Part shown: positions 54,182 to 63,167 of the stretch, piece after piece
Layout of the letters: each line of letters begins with the position of its first letter
Position numbering within the stretch: the first letter of the stretch is position 1
Assembly (NCBI GenBank): GCA_035400585.1
Contig: DAOMZR010000001.1
Location: 434,643-498,642, forward strand
Direction: 5' to 3'
From: a bacterium
Lineage (GTDB): Bacteria; Patescibacteriota; Patescibacteriia; Patescibacteriales; UBA12465
DNA length: 64,000 nt
Position numbers and translations under genes: made by a program
Notes under the pieces: model-generated
What the model was told of the DNA's origin: nothing
What the model saw: only the letters and a program-made list of their open reading frames with translations
Database searches by the model: none

Positions 54182-54619
54182 TTATCCTAAATTAACCCTC
54201 AAACAATTATCTTTTTTTTCAAAACCGAACTTGCTATAAAAATCAATCAAATTATCGGAGCAATCAAGCATTACTTTATAACAATTATTCTCTTTGCAAT
54301 CTTTAATTATTTCCCTAATCAAACAACCAGCGACTCCTTTTCCCATGTAATCTTTGTGGGTAGCTACGTCTTCAATGTGAGCCGCCAATTTACCTCCATG
54401 ATAAAATTTAGGCTCATACAAAACACGAACCGTGCCAACTATTAAACCATCAGATTCGGCTACAAAAGTTTTTATTCCTTTCTTTTGACAATCAAAAAAA
54501 ATTTTTTGAGCTAAATCCAGAGATAAATTTTCAACCGGTCTTAGACTGGAAAGAGTTTCAAAAAAATATTTATTGTTTAAATCTTTAACTTCCAATTGTC
54601 TAATTTTATAATTATTCAT
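54182..54619 (-). CDS. GNAT-family N-acetyltransferase (GNA1-like)
   Basis: AHIEDVATHKDYMGKGVAGCLI acetyl-CoA-binding motif, ending FYSKFGF. Confidence 0.75.
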   Translation of the reverse strand: MNNYKIRQLEVKDLNNKYFFETLSSLRPVENLSLDLAQKIFFDCQKKGIKTFVAESDGLIVGTVRVLYEPKFYHGGKLAAHIEDVATHKDYMGKGVAGCLIREIIKDCKENNCYKVMLDCSDNLIDFYSKFGFEKKDNCLRVNLG

Positions 54620-54633
54620 TTTTATAAAACCTA

Positions 54634-56409
54634 CTAATCTCCCGAGATTTCACCAGAAGATTGAAGATTAATTAATTTTTGATATAGACCATCTTTTTTA
54701 TTCATTAATTGCAAATGCATTCCCTCTTCTACAACTTGGCCATTTTCAATTACGGCTATTTTATTAGCCATTTTAATAGTACTCAAACGATGAGCAATAA
54801 TTATAATTGTTTTGTCTTTAGCTATTTTATTAATAGCTTCTTGAATTAATTTTTCACTTTCAACATCTAAATTACTAGTAGCTTCGTCAAAAACCAAAAT
54901 TTTAGGATCAGCTAAAACTGCCCGAGCAATACCAATTCTTTGCCTTTGACCACCAGATAGTCTCATGCCACGCTCACCAACAATAGTGTTATATTTATTG
55001 GGAAGCTTTTCAATAAATTCAGAGGCATTAGCTATTTTAGCCGCTGCCTCAATTTCTCTAAAACTAGCGCTTCTTTTAGCATAAGAAATGTTTTCGGCCA
55101 CAGTCGAATTAAAAATATCAACCTCTTGAGGAACGATAGACAATAATTTTCTAAGACTAAAAAGCTCCAAGTCTTTTAAGTTATAATTATCTAATAAAAT
55201 CTGACCGGAAACTGGATCAAAGTGTCTAAAAATTAGACGAACAATAGTTGTTTTTCCTCCACCAGATGGACCAACTAAAGCCGTTATAGCTCCAGCCGGA
55301 ATATTCAAATTAAAATTATTCAAAATCTTATGGCCATTATCATAAGAAAAATCAATATTTTTGAATTTAATTTCACCTTCAATGTCTTTATCTTTTAATC
55401 TAATTTTTCCTTTGTTTTTGATAGAACTCTCTGTTTTTAAAAGAGAGGCCAAACGATTAATACCCTCTGCTCCCTCGGCAAACTGATCATATAATCTATA
55501 AGCTCGGGAAAGAGAAGAAAAAACTTGTTCTGATAAAGTTACCACAAAAACTAAAGTACCAATACTAATTTGGTTTTTTATAATTAAAAATATGCCTAAA
55601 AATAAAAACGATGCTCTACCAAGTCCAACAATTATTTCTCTCAAGTTAGAAAATTTTAAAACATAAGACCATTCCCTTGTTTCATCTAAAAGAATTCCCT
55701 TTTTAAGAAAACTAAGTTCATTAAGTTCTCTTTCTTGCTGAGAAAAAGACTGAACCGTTCCAATATTAACTATTGTTTGCACTATCTTGCCAGAGGCCTG
55801 TTCATATCTTTTATAACGCTGTTTTCTAATTGGATAAACATTTTTATTTACCTTAATATTTAAAAAGAATAATAGTGAAGAAAAAACAAACAAAAGTAAA
55901 AACAAGCGATAATCGATAATTAACAAAATAACAGAAACAGAAATTAATTGAAAAGACACTGGCAGTAATTCCCAAAAAATAGTAATTAACAAATCAACAA
56001 ATTTGCCAACACCTTTTTCTATCTTTGTTATTTTTTCACCGGTACCCTCCTTTTGATGATAGGCTAGATCTAGTTCTAATAATTTCTTTTGACATTTAAT
56101 TGGTATATCATACTCCGCCTTTAATATAACACTAAATATTTTTTTATCTTTAAAATAATTAGCAACGGAAAGAATTAACAATGAAAGGAAAAAAACAAAA
56201 ATTAACAGAATAAAATATCTAATTTTATCTGGAGAAAAAATCAAAATCTCATCAATTATTATTTTTAAAATATAAGGGCCAACCAAACTAAACGCTTCCA
56301 AAAAAATTATCAAAACAGACAAAGAGATAATTGGTCTATAATATGGTTTTGTTAATTTAAAAAACTCTTTAAATATACTATTTTTATTTAAGTTATTGCT
56401 TTCGTTCAT
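54634..56409 (-). CDS. ABC exporter, fused permease/ATPase (MsbA/multidrug type)
   Basis: 6-TM domain, Walker A GPSGGGKTT, signature LSGGQRQR, Walker B ILVFDEATS. Confidence 0.9.
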   Translation of the reverse strand: MNESNNLNKNSIFKEFFKLTKPYYRPIISLSVLIIFLEAFSLVGPYILKIIIDEILIFSPDKIRYFILLIFVFFLSLLILSVANYFKDKKIFSVILKAEYDIPIKCQKKLLELDLAYHQKEGTGEKITKIEKGVGKFVDLLITIFWELLPVSFQLISVSVILLIIDYRLFLLLFVFSSLLFFLNIKVNKNVYPIRKQRYKRYEQASGKIVQTIVNIGTVQSFSQQERELNELSFLKKGILLDETREWSYVLKFSNLREIIVGLGRASFLFLGIFLIIKNQISIGTLVFVVTLSEQVFSSLSRAYRLYDQFAEGAEGINRLASLLKTESSIKNKGKIRLKDKDIEGEIKFKNIDFSYDNGHKILNNFNLNIPAGAITALVGPSGGGKTTIVRLIFRHFDPVSGQILLDNYNLKDLELFSLRKLLSIVPQEVDIFNSTVAENISYAKRSASFREIEAAAKIANASEFIEKLPNKYNTIVGERGMRLSGGQRQRIGIARAVLADPKILVFDEATSNLDVESEKLIQEAINKIAKDKTIIIIAHRLSTIKMANKIAVIENGQVVEEGMHLQLMNKKDGLYQKLINLQSSGEISGD

Positions 56410-56419
56410 ATTTTTAAAA

Positions 56420-56854
56420 TTAATTCATCAAAACCTTTCCTCCAATTTCAATGAGCAAATCTGACAAATTTTTTAAACCATCTTTTTTATCGGGAGAAAT
56501 TATTTCTTCAGCTAAAATTTCTAATCGATCTAAGGCCTCTTTTAATTTCTCTTCTCCGGCCTCAGTTATTCCAACAAAACGAACGCGAGCATCATCTTCG
56601 ACTGGTCCGCTTTCTATTAAATGCACCTTTTCCATTGGCAGAAGAATTCTGGTAACTCCAGAAGCTGTTAAACCAACCTTATCGGCTATATCAACTCGAC
56701 GCATTTTCTGGTTTTCAGACCGAACTAAATAAAAAAGAATTAAAAACTCATTAAAACTTAAGCCGCCTAAGCCGCGATCAAAACGATCGCTCAAAATACT
56801 CTGTGTTTTTGATAAATTTATAAAAAACTTTATAGATTCATTTACATTTTGCAT
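56420..56854 (-). CDS. MarR-family transcriptional regulator
   Basis: Winged-helix pattern LSFNEFLILFYL...RRVDIADKVGLTASGVTRILLPMEK. 10 nt upstream of the ABC exporter. Confidence 0.85.
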   Translation of the reverse strand: MQNVNESIKFFINLSKTQSILSDRFDRGLGGLSFNEFLILFYLVRSENQKMRRVDIADKVGLTASGVTRILLPMEKVHLIESGPVEDDARVRFVGITEAGEEKLKEALDRLEILAEEIISPDKKDGLKNLSDLLIEIGGKVLMN

Positions 56855-56868
56855 ATTTACTTAATTAA

Positions 56869-56886
56869 TACTTAATCAATCAAGTA
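56869..56886. promoter_or_regulatory. Imperfect 18-bp palindrome (candidate MarR operator) overlapping the -10 box
   Basis: TACTTAATC/AATCAAGTA, 7 of 9 positions symmetric. A further TACTTAAT direct repeat lies at 56858-56865. Confidence 0.35.
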
Positions 56887-56911
56887 TATCAAAAAACATT
56901 TATTTTGTAAA
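56883..56911 (-). promoter_or_regulatory. Promoter of the marR-ABC exporter operon
   Basis: Minus strand TTTACA-17-TATACT. Confidence 0.5.
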
Positions 56912-56922
56912 GATATAAAAAA

Positions 56923-56940
56923 ACCCGCAATTTTGCGGGT
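56923..56940 (-). terminator. Terminator of the 151-aa ORFan
   Basis: Minus strand ACCCGCAA-AA-TTGCGGGT followed by T7. Confidence 0.7.
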
Positions 56941-56958
56941 GCTTTTTAGAAAATTCAA

Positions 56959-57414
56959 TTATACTTGGCATTCTATAAAATTATCATCGCTTCCGATGCT
57001 GTATAAAAGTTTTCTTTCAATTCTCTTTAAAAAGAAATGTCTGCGATATTCTTTGGAGTTAAATTTTTCGATAGCCACACACTTAACCAGCCAAGTCCTT
57101 TCTCCGAGGTCTTTTCTAAGAGCAAAAACGGCCTCCCTGGTTATAGACCCACCGACAGAATCTTCTTTAGCCACCAAAATAAAAGCCGCTGTCTGAGACG
57201 AGGTGTTAAATATCACACCATCTTCCGGTTTAAATGTTTTATTTTCTTCAAAGGCTGGATAACAACCAATCGCCGAGCTTTTCTTTCTGCTAACCGGAAA
57301 ATTGGAAGCTAATTCTATCGCCTGAGAAAGTGAAGTTGCCTGAATTTGAAATAATTGCGGATATTCATCAGCCCCCTGACCATTATAAAGACGAGACCAT
57401 TCCAATACTTTCAT
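56959..57414 (-). CDS. Hypothetical 151-aa protein, stand-alone transcription unit
   Basis: Own promoter (57465-57492), strong SD GGAGGT (57419-57424) and own terminator (56923-56940). No motif recognised. Confidence 0.6.
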   Translation of the reverse strand: MKVLEWSRLYNGQGADEYPQLFQIQATSLSQAIELASNFPVSRKKSSAIGCYPAFEENKTFKPEDGVIFNTSSQTAAFILVAKEDSVGGSITREAVFALRKDLGERTWLVKCVAIEKFNSKEYRRHFFLKRIERKLLYSIGSDDNFIECQV

Positions 57415-57464
57415 AATTACCTCCTTTTGGATTTAATTGAATTTAAATTGTTAAATAACAAAGA

Positions 57465-57492
57465 AGTATAGCAAATGAGTTAATTTTGTCAA
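57465..57492 (-). promoter_or_regulatory. Promoter of the 151-aa ORFan
   Basis: Minus strand TTGACA-16-TATACT, followed by SD GGAGGT at 57419-57424. Confidence 0.5.
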
Positions 57493-57522
57493 TTAAACTA
57501 TTTAAGGGAGTCACCAAAACAT

Positions 57523-58266
57523 TTAGGCTTCTATTTTAGAAAAAATATAAGAACTAATAATTAATCCGATGATCGTTAAAACAGATAGTACTAAAAAATC
57601 GACACCTATTCCAAAATGAAAAACACCAATCAAACTGCCCCTCAATCCATCTATTCCATAAGCCAAAGGATTGGCGCTTACAAAATATTTCATAATTTTA
57701 GACAAATCTTCTACCGGAAAAAGAGCGCCTGATAGAAAAAATATTGGCATAACTAAAAAATTCATTATTAACTGAAAAGCTTGCATATCCTTCAAAGAAG
57801 AGCCAATACTTGTTCCCAAGGCTGTAAAAAATAAAGCTATTAAGAACATAAAAACAACTGCTATAGGCAACATTGACCAGTTGGGACTAAAACCGATCGG
57901 AATAGTGATAGCCAAAACAATAAGTCCTTGCAAAAAAGAAGTAGTTGCACCCCCCAAGGTTCTGCCTAATATAATTTTAAATCTAGATACCGGGGCAACC
58001 AAAGTTTCTTTAAGAAAACCAAACTGTCTATCCCAAATAACATCTACTCCGTTAAAAATAGAAGAAAATAAAATTGTCATGCCAATAATTCCTGGGGATA
58101 AAAAAGAAATATAATTTCCTTCACCTGCTTTTTCAAAAATAGGGCCCATACCAAAACCAAGCGCTAACAAAAACAAAAGTGGCTGACCAACTGAACCAAT
58201 AATTCTAGCCTTAGAACGAAAAAATCTTTTTATTTGTCTTAACCAAAGTATATAGATAACTTTCAT
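57523..58266 (-). CDS. ABC-2 type transporter permease
   Basis: 247 aa, 6 TM helices. Follows its ATPase with a 6-nt gap. Confidence 0.85.
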   Translation of the reverse strand: MKVIYILWLRQIKRFFRSKARIIGSVGQPLLFLLALGFGMGPIFEKAGEGNYISFLSPGIIGMTILFSSIFNGVDVIWDRQFGFLKETLVAPVSRFKIILGRTLGGATTSFLQGLIVLAITIPIGFSPNWSMLPIAVVFMFLIALFFTALGTSIGSSLKDMQAFQLIMNFLVMPIFFLSGALFPVEDLSKIMKYFVSANPLAYGIDGLRGSLIGVFHFGIGVDFLVLSVLTIIGLIISSYIFSKIEA

Positions 58267-58272
58267 ATAATT

Positions 58273-59061
58273 TTAATGTTTAAAAACACGACGACGATTG
58301 CGCATCATGTCAATGCTAGAAGAATCCTCTTCTCTAATATTTTTTCCAGTTAAATTTATAAAAGCATTTTCCAAAGAATCAGCGCCAGTTTTTTCTTTAA
58401 GCTCACCAATAGTTCCTTGAATGATAATTTTTCCTCTATCTATTATTGCTACCTTACTAGCAACTCTTTCGACCTCGTCCAAATAATGGGTTGTAAAGAA
58501 AACAGTAACCCCCTCTTCTTGGTTTAAATTTTTAATATAATTCCAGATATGATTTCTAGTTTGCGGATCTAGTCCTAATGTCGGCTCATCTAAAAACAAA
58601 ATTTTAGGATGATGTAATAACCCTCGAGCGATCTCTAAACGACGCTTCATTCCTCCGGAAAATTTTTTAACCTGATCATTTCTTCTCTCCCAAAGCTCAA
58701 CAATTTCTAGTAATTGTTTGATTCTGTCTTTTAAAATATCTTTAGGAACATTATATAAAACTCCGTGGAGATTCATATTTTCAAAAGCTGTTAATTCTTC
58801 GTCCAAACTAGAATCCTGAAAAACTATACCAAAAGATTTTCGAACATTGCCAGGATCTTTATCAACATCAAAATTGTTTAAAAAAACACTTCCGGAGCTT
58901 GGCCTTAAAAGGGTGGTTAACATTTTAATAGTTGTTGTTTTGCCAGCACCATTTGGGCCAAGAAAAGCAAAAATACTTCCACTTTCAACTACAAAGGAAA
59001 TATTATCAACAGCTACAAAATTTTTAAATTTCTTTGACAAATTGTCGACTTTAATAATCAT
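58273..59061 (-). CDS. ABC transporter ATP-binding protein (DrrA/ABC-2 type)
   Basis: Walker A GPNGAGKTT, signature FSGGMKRRLE, Walker B ILFLDEPT. Confidence 0.9.
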   Translation of the reverse strand: MIIKVDNLSKKFKNFVAVDNISFVVESGSIFAFLGPNGAGKTTTIKMLTTLLRPSSGSVFLNNFDVDKDPGNVRKSFGIVFQDSSLDEELTAFENMNLHGVLYNVPKDILKDRIKQLLEIVELWERRNDQVKKFSGGMKRRLEIARGLLHHPKILFLDEPTLGLDPQTRNHIWNYIKNLNQEEGVTVFFTTHYLDEVERVASKVAIIDRGKIIIQGTIGELKEKTGADSLENAFINLTGKNIREEDSSSIDMMRNRRRVFKH

Positions 59062-59489
59062 TGATTTAAAGAATTATTTATTTTTTTATTTAAAATTTTA
59101 TCAACTACAAAAGGTAAAATCAATAATGATAATAAAACAAAAACCCAGATCTCTCCCTGCCAAAAATAATAAGTTTGTAAAACTTGTTTAAAATTTAAGT
59201 TTCTCATAAAAACATTCATCAGGGTTTCAAACGCTATGGTCATAACAAACCAAATAATTCCCATAAAAATTAAATCTTTTTTGTTATAATTATTATTTCT
59301 TTTTAGAAAAAAATATATGGCTATAAAAAATAACAATATTCCAGTTAGTGAACTTATTTGATGTGCCCACAAGCCAATATAAGGCTCTAAGATTGGCTTA
59401 TAACCGGCCTCTCTAATAGTGGCATTAATTAAAGCTAAAACCAAAAGCACAAACCAAAAAAAGAAAGATTTAATATATATTTTTTTCAT
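59058..59489 (-). CDS. Hypothetical 4-TM membrane protein
   Basis: The ORF track starts at 59534 and overlaps the HTH gene. I prefer Met16 (ATG at 59489, MKKIYIKSFFFWFVLLVLALI). ATGA overlap with the ABC ATPase start. Confidence 0.5.
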   Translation of the reverse strand: MKKIYIKSFFFWFVLLVLALINATIREAGYKPILEPYIGLWAHQISSLTGILLFFIAIYFFLKRNNNYNKKDLIFMGIIWFVMTIAFETLMNVFMRNLNFKQVLQTYYFWQGEIWVFVLLSLLILPFVVDKILNKKINNSLNQ

Positions 59490-59514
59490 AAAAAAATAAT
59501 TAAAACAATATTTA

Positions 59515-59703
59515 TTAATTTTCAAACAATTCATCTACTTTTGTTTTTAAAATTTTTGCTACATCCATAGCCAGTTTTAACGACGGATTATATTTTCCTT
59601 GTTCTAAAAAAACAATTGTTTCTCTTCTTACTCCAACCGAACTGGATAATTCTTCTTGGGTCATATTCATTTTTTGTCGCAATTCTTTAATTCTGTTTTT
59701 CAT
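59515..59703 (-). CDS. XRE-family (Cro/C1-type) small HTH transcriptional regulator
   Basis: [48 protein letters not shown], a canonical HTH_3 pattern. Confidence 0.85.
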   Translation of the reverse strand: MKNRIKELRQKMNMTQEELSSSVGVRRETIVFLEQGKYNPSLKLAMDVAKILKTKVDELFEN

Positions 59704-59704
59704 A

Positions 59705-60091
59705 TTATTTTCCTTTTTTGTTTAAGTATTTAAATAAAAAGGCGTTTAATAACATTAAAAAACAAATACTAAAAGCCAAATATTGGCTAAGAATATATAA
59801 CATTCCATTTTTATGAGAAATAGCCATTAAAACAAAAACACCGATTACTCCCAGCAAACTATAAATTGAAATAGCATAACGAGCCGCCTTACCAGCAACC
59901 TGATAATCACGTTCATCGGCAATAACCTCTCCTGTTTTTAATTGTTTCCGACAATAATGCAAACCAGCCACAGCAGTAGCAGTAAAAACCAATGGTAAAT
60001 AATAATTGTTCAAAGAAATTGAAAGACTAATTAAAAAACTTAAAAGAACGATAATGACCAAACGACAAATCATGTATTGTTTTTTTGTCAT
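59705..60091 (-). CDS. Hypothetical 4-TM membrane protein paired with the XRE regulator
   Basis: ORF track. 1-nt gap to the HTH gene, an arrangement common for small XRE regulators. Confidence 0.5.
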   Translation of the reverse strand: MTKKQYMICRLVIIVLLSFLISLSISLNNYYLPLVFTATAVAGLHYCRKQLKTGEVIADERDYQVAGKAARYAISIYSLLGVIGVFVLMAISHKNGMLYILSQYLAFSICFLMLLNAFLFKYLNKKGK

Positions 60092-60121
60092 ATTTTTTTG
60101 TTAATTATTTCTAACTATTTT

Positions 60122-60143
60122 AATGTTATATTATTCTAACATT
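60122..60143. promoter_or_regulatory. Inverted repeat AATGTTA-N8-TAACATT (candidate XRE operator) within the promoter spacer and -10 box
   Basis: Perfect 7-bp arms at 60122-28 and 60137-43. Confidence 0.35.
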
Positions 60144-60151
60144 ATTGTCAA
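60123..60151 (-). promoter_or_regulatory. Promoter of the XRE/membrane/ABC-2 operon
   Basis: Minus strand TTGACA-17-TAACAT. Confidence 0.4.
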
Positions 60152-60169
60152 GCTGACTTAATTTTAAAA

Positions 60170-60194
60170 AACCTCCCACTAATTGTGAGAGGTT
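60170..60194 (-). terminator. Terminator overlapping the MFS gene stop codon
   Basis: Minus strand AACCTCTCAC-AATTA-GTGGGAGGTT (one mismatch) followed by TTTTTT. Confidence 0.55.
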
Positions 60195-61375
60195 GCTTTT
60201 CTACTTTTTAACCAAAAAATTAAAATTCCAGCAAACAAAACAAGCGAAGATATCAACCAGGAATTTAAAATGCCAAAATTATTGGCAGTTAAACCGCTAG
60301 AAATTAATCCTAAACCAGCGCCAGCTCTAGTAATCATTGATTCAAAAGATAAAACGGTTGCTCTATTTTTACTATCAATATTTTCGTTGATATAGGCCCT
60401 ATTTAAGGGTTCAAACAATCCTCTGCCAAATTCATGGAAGAAAAAGAAAACAAAAAATAAAGATAAATTTGTTAAAAAGAAACAACCCAAAATACCAATA
60501 ATAGTTATTGACTGGGAAAGAAAAATAGCATTTTTTTTGTTATTAATTTTTCCTTGCCAAAACTTAGAAAATTGAGAACCAAGATAAGAAAAAAGTATTA
60601 TACCAGTAAAAATAAATCCCATGTATTTAATCGGCACAGAAAAATTATTTTTAAAAATTATTGGCCAATACATGTTTATGGCTTGAACCGAAAAAGCTAA
60701 AATAGTTGAAAAAGAAACAACAACAATCAGACGACGATTATTCAAACCATATAAAACACTTTCTTTAGCGATTTTTTTAATTGGTTCAAAATTGAATTTT
60801 ATTTTTTCGGGTTTTACAAAATATTCTTCTTTAAAAAAATAATTTGCACTTACAGCTAGTGATCCAAAAGCTAAACAACTAAATAGCCAGGGAAGGGATA
60901 AATCAATTTGTCCTAAAAAAGAACCAGCAATTACTCCCAAAATTACAGCCAAACGTTTAACTTCTGTTTTGCGAAAAACATTTTCTAAGCCATCTTTGTA
61001 ACCATGATGATTTAAAGAATCAACCACCAAAGCTTCCAATGCACCCGAGATACAACTTACAGCAAAAGCACCAATAATTTCTGCTAATAAAAATTGCCAA
61101 AAATTATCAGACAAAAAATAAATCAAGAAAGAAATAGAATAGAACCAAAGCCCGATAATAACTGATCGCTTTCTTCCTAGAAAATCAGCAATGGCTCCGG
61201 TAGGAATTTCCAAAAGGAAGCTGGAAAACATAAAACAGCAGTTAAGAAGATTAATCTCTAATAAACTTAACCCTTTTTGGGTTAAAAAAAGCTGATAAGT
61301 TCCGAAGAAAAAACTAATAGCCAGGCTATCAAGGAACATAAAAGCTACGTAATTTTTAATTATTTTTCTGGTCAT
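60179..61375 (-). CDS. MFS transporter
   Basis: 398 aa, about 12 TM helices. Loop 2-3 GAIADFLGRKR fits the MFS signature. Confidence 0.85.
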   Translation of the reverse strand: MTRKIIKNYVAFMFLDSLAISFFFGTYQLFLTQKGLSLLEINLLNCCFMFSSFLLEIPTGAIADFLGRKRSVIIGLWFYSISFLIYFLSDNFWQFLLAEIIGAFAVSCISGALEALVVDSLNHHGYKDGLENVFRKTEVKRLAVILGVIAGSFLGQIDLSLPWLFSCLAFGSLAVSANYFFKEEYFVKPEKIKFNFEPIKKIAKESVLYGLNNRRLIVVVSFSTILAFSVQAINMYWPIIFKNNFSVPIKYMGFIFTGIILFSYLGSQFSKFWQGKINNKKNAIFLSQSITIIGILGCFFLTNLSLFFVFFFFHEFGRGLFEPLNRAYINENIDSKNRATVLSFESMITRAGAGLGLISSGLTANNFGILNSWLISSLVLFAGILIFWLKSRKATSHN

Positions 61376-61422
61376 GGCTAATTATTTTTTAAAGGTTTAT
61401 TTTCAAAGAACAGTTAAGAAAA

Positions 61423-61445
61423 AGACCATCTTGTTGAGATGGTCT
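61423..61445 (-). terminator. Hairpin terminator inside the 61376-61807 gap
   Basis: Minus strand AGACCATCT-CAACA-AGATGGTCT followed by TTTTCTT. Confidence 0.55.
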
Positions 61446-61716
61446 TTAGAAATATTTTAAGCTTATAAATTATCTAATTTTATTAAGTATTTTTTAACTG
61501 CAAATATTTATAAAAACCACCTTTTTTGCCCTCCATTGGGTTAACTAAACAAACAAAAAAGACGCCAGTAGAAGTATTGGCTGAATTATTGTGGTTTTTG
61601 TAAATATAATTATGCATATTGTTTTTTATTCTCTATTATAGTATACGAAAATAGTTGGTTTTTGTTACATGAAAAATATTTTAATATCGTCTATCATTAT
61701 TCTTTTATACCAAAAA

Positions 61717-61732
61717 ACACCTTAAAAGGCGT
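61717..61732 (-). terminator. Candidate terminator of the SGNH hydrolase gene
   Basis: Minus strand ACGCCTT-TT-AAGGTGT (one mismatch) followed by T6. Confidence 0.35.
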
Positions 61733-61807
61733 TTTTATCACTCACATATAAAAATTATTCTTGCTTTTAACAATACAAAAATCATCAAAATTAAATAATT
61801 ACCAACA

Positions 61808-62458
61808 TTAACCATCCAGGTCCATTACTGATTTCATAGATTTTAATAATTCATTAAATATAATTTTATGACCAGATTTATTTGGGTGTAATCCATCTTC
61901 ACAAAATAAGCTTTTGTAGTCATTAGCCATAAAGGCCGAATTAATATCAATAAAGTAAATATTTTTATTATCAGCTATTTTTTTTATTTTCTCATTATAT
62001 ATCTCAATATATTTGTTAAGCCTAGACTTATCTTTATTAACCGGGCTGGCGGTAAATTCTTCATTGACGGGGGTAATATTTAAAATAAATATCTTATTGC
62101 CAAATTTTTTAGCCTGATCTATTACGTTTTCTAGATTATTCTCAAAATTTTTAATGTCAACGCGAAATTTATTTTGACTTGGGATAACAGCTGCATCATT
62201 AGCTCCATAAGCAAAAATAAAAATATTTTCTTCTTGCCTTTCTTCTCTAATTCTCGCTTTTGTTTCTGATAAAAAACGATTAATCAAACCATCGGTTGTT
62301 TCGCCGGGAATACCTAGATTATAGATTAAAAAATAAAGACCATCATCTTCTTCTTGTTTTTTATCTAAATACATTCTTAACCCCTGCGCCCAACCAGAAC
62401 CAGCCACATCCCAAGCACCGTAAGTTATACTATCTCCGAAACAAAATATTTGTGCCAT
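61808..62458 (-). CDS. SGNH/GDSL-family hydrolase
   Basis: Block I FCFGDSITYG, block III GANDA, block V DGLHPN. Confidence 0.85.
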   Translation of the reverse strand: MAQIFCFGDSITYGAWDVAGSGWAQGLRMYLDKKQEEDDGLYFLIYNLGIPGETTDGLINRFLSETKARIREERQEENIFIFAYGANDAAVIPSQNKFRVDIKNFENNLENVIDQAKKFGNKIFILNITPVNEEFTASPVNKDKSRLNKYIEIYNEKIKKIADNKNIYFIDINSAFMANDYKSLFCEDGLHPNKSGHKIIFNELLKSMKSVMDLDG

Positions 62459-62499
62459 ATAATTTTATTAATATTTATGCCTAAAATTTATCATAAAAA

Positions 62500-63072
62500 T
62501 TAATTTTTTAAACTAATACTTTTCATTACTGTTGAAACATCTTCTAGCTCAATATTATGCTCATCTGGAGACCAAACGCCATCATATTCTAATTCTGGGG
62601 CTTGATTACTTTCAATGGTCCAATTTATAAGATAAATTCTATCTTCAATTTTTAAAACATAACACGCCACAGCTCCCCCACAAGCATCTTTATATATCAC
62701 ACTCCTGTCAGTAAATTCAAAAAGATCTTTGTTTTTTTGATCCTTAAAAATATTTAAATATTCCTCATACTCATTATAATGTTCATCTAGTTGAACTTGA
62801 TAAACTTCTCCGACAAGATCCACCTCCCATTTTTCAAAATCTGTCCTAAAATATATTTTGTTGTTGTTAATCCGACAAGAATTCCAATTCTTAGGATAAT
62901 TAAAAATTAGCCCATTAATACTACAATTATACTTCTCCTCGTTGTTTTTTGGTTCAGTGGTTACATTGTTTTTCAGATTAACAACTTCTTCTTTTTTATT
63001 ATTATCGTAAACACCCAAAGAACAAGCCGATAAAAATACCGAAAACAAAAGCAAAAAATAGATTTTTTTCAT
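62500..63072 (-). CDS. Putative lipoprotein (190 aa), hypothetical
   Basis: Signal peptide MKKIYFLLLFSVFLSAC with lipobox LSAC. Confidence 0.6.
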   Translation of the reverse strand: MKKIYFLLLFSVFLSACSLGVYDNNKKEEVVNLKNNVTTEPKNNEEKYNCSINGLIFNYPKNWNSCRINNNKIYFRTDFEKWEVDLVGEVYQVQLDEHYNEYEEYLNIFKDQKNKDLFEFTDRSVIYKDACGGAVACYVLKIEDRIYLINWTIESNQAPELEYDGVWSPDEHNIELEDVSTVMKSISLKN

Positions 63073-63167
63073 AAATAATAATTATTTAATTGTATAACCT
63101 TTATATAATATAATATGATATAAATAAAAAAACAACTAAACAAATAAACAATACTTTGTTTACATTT

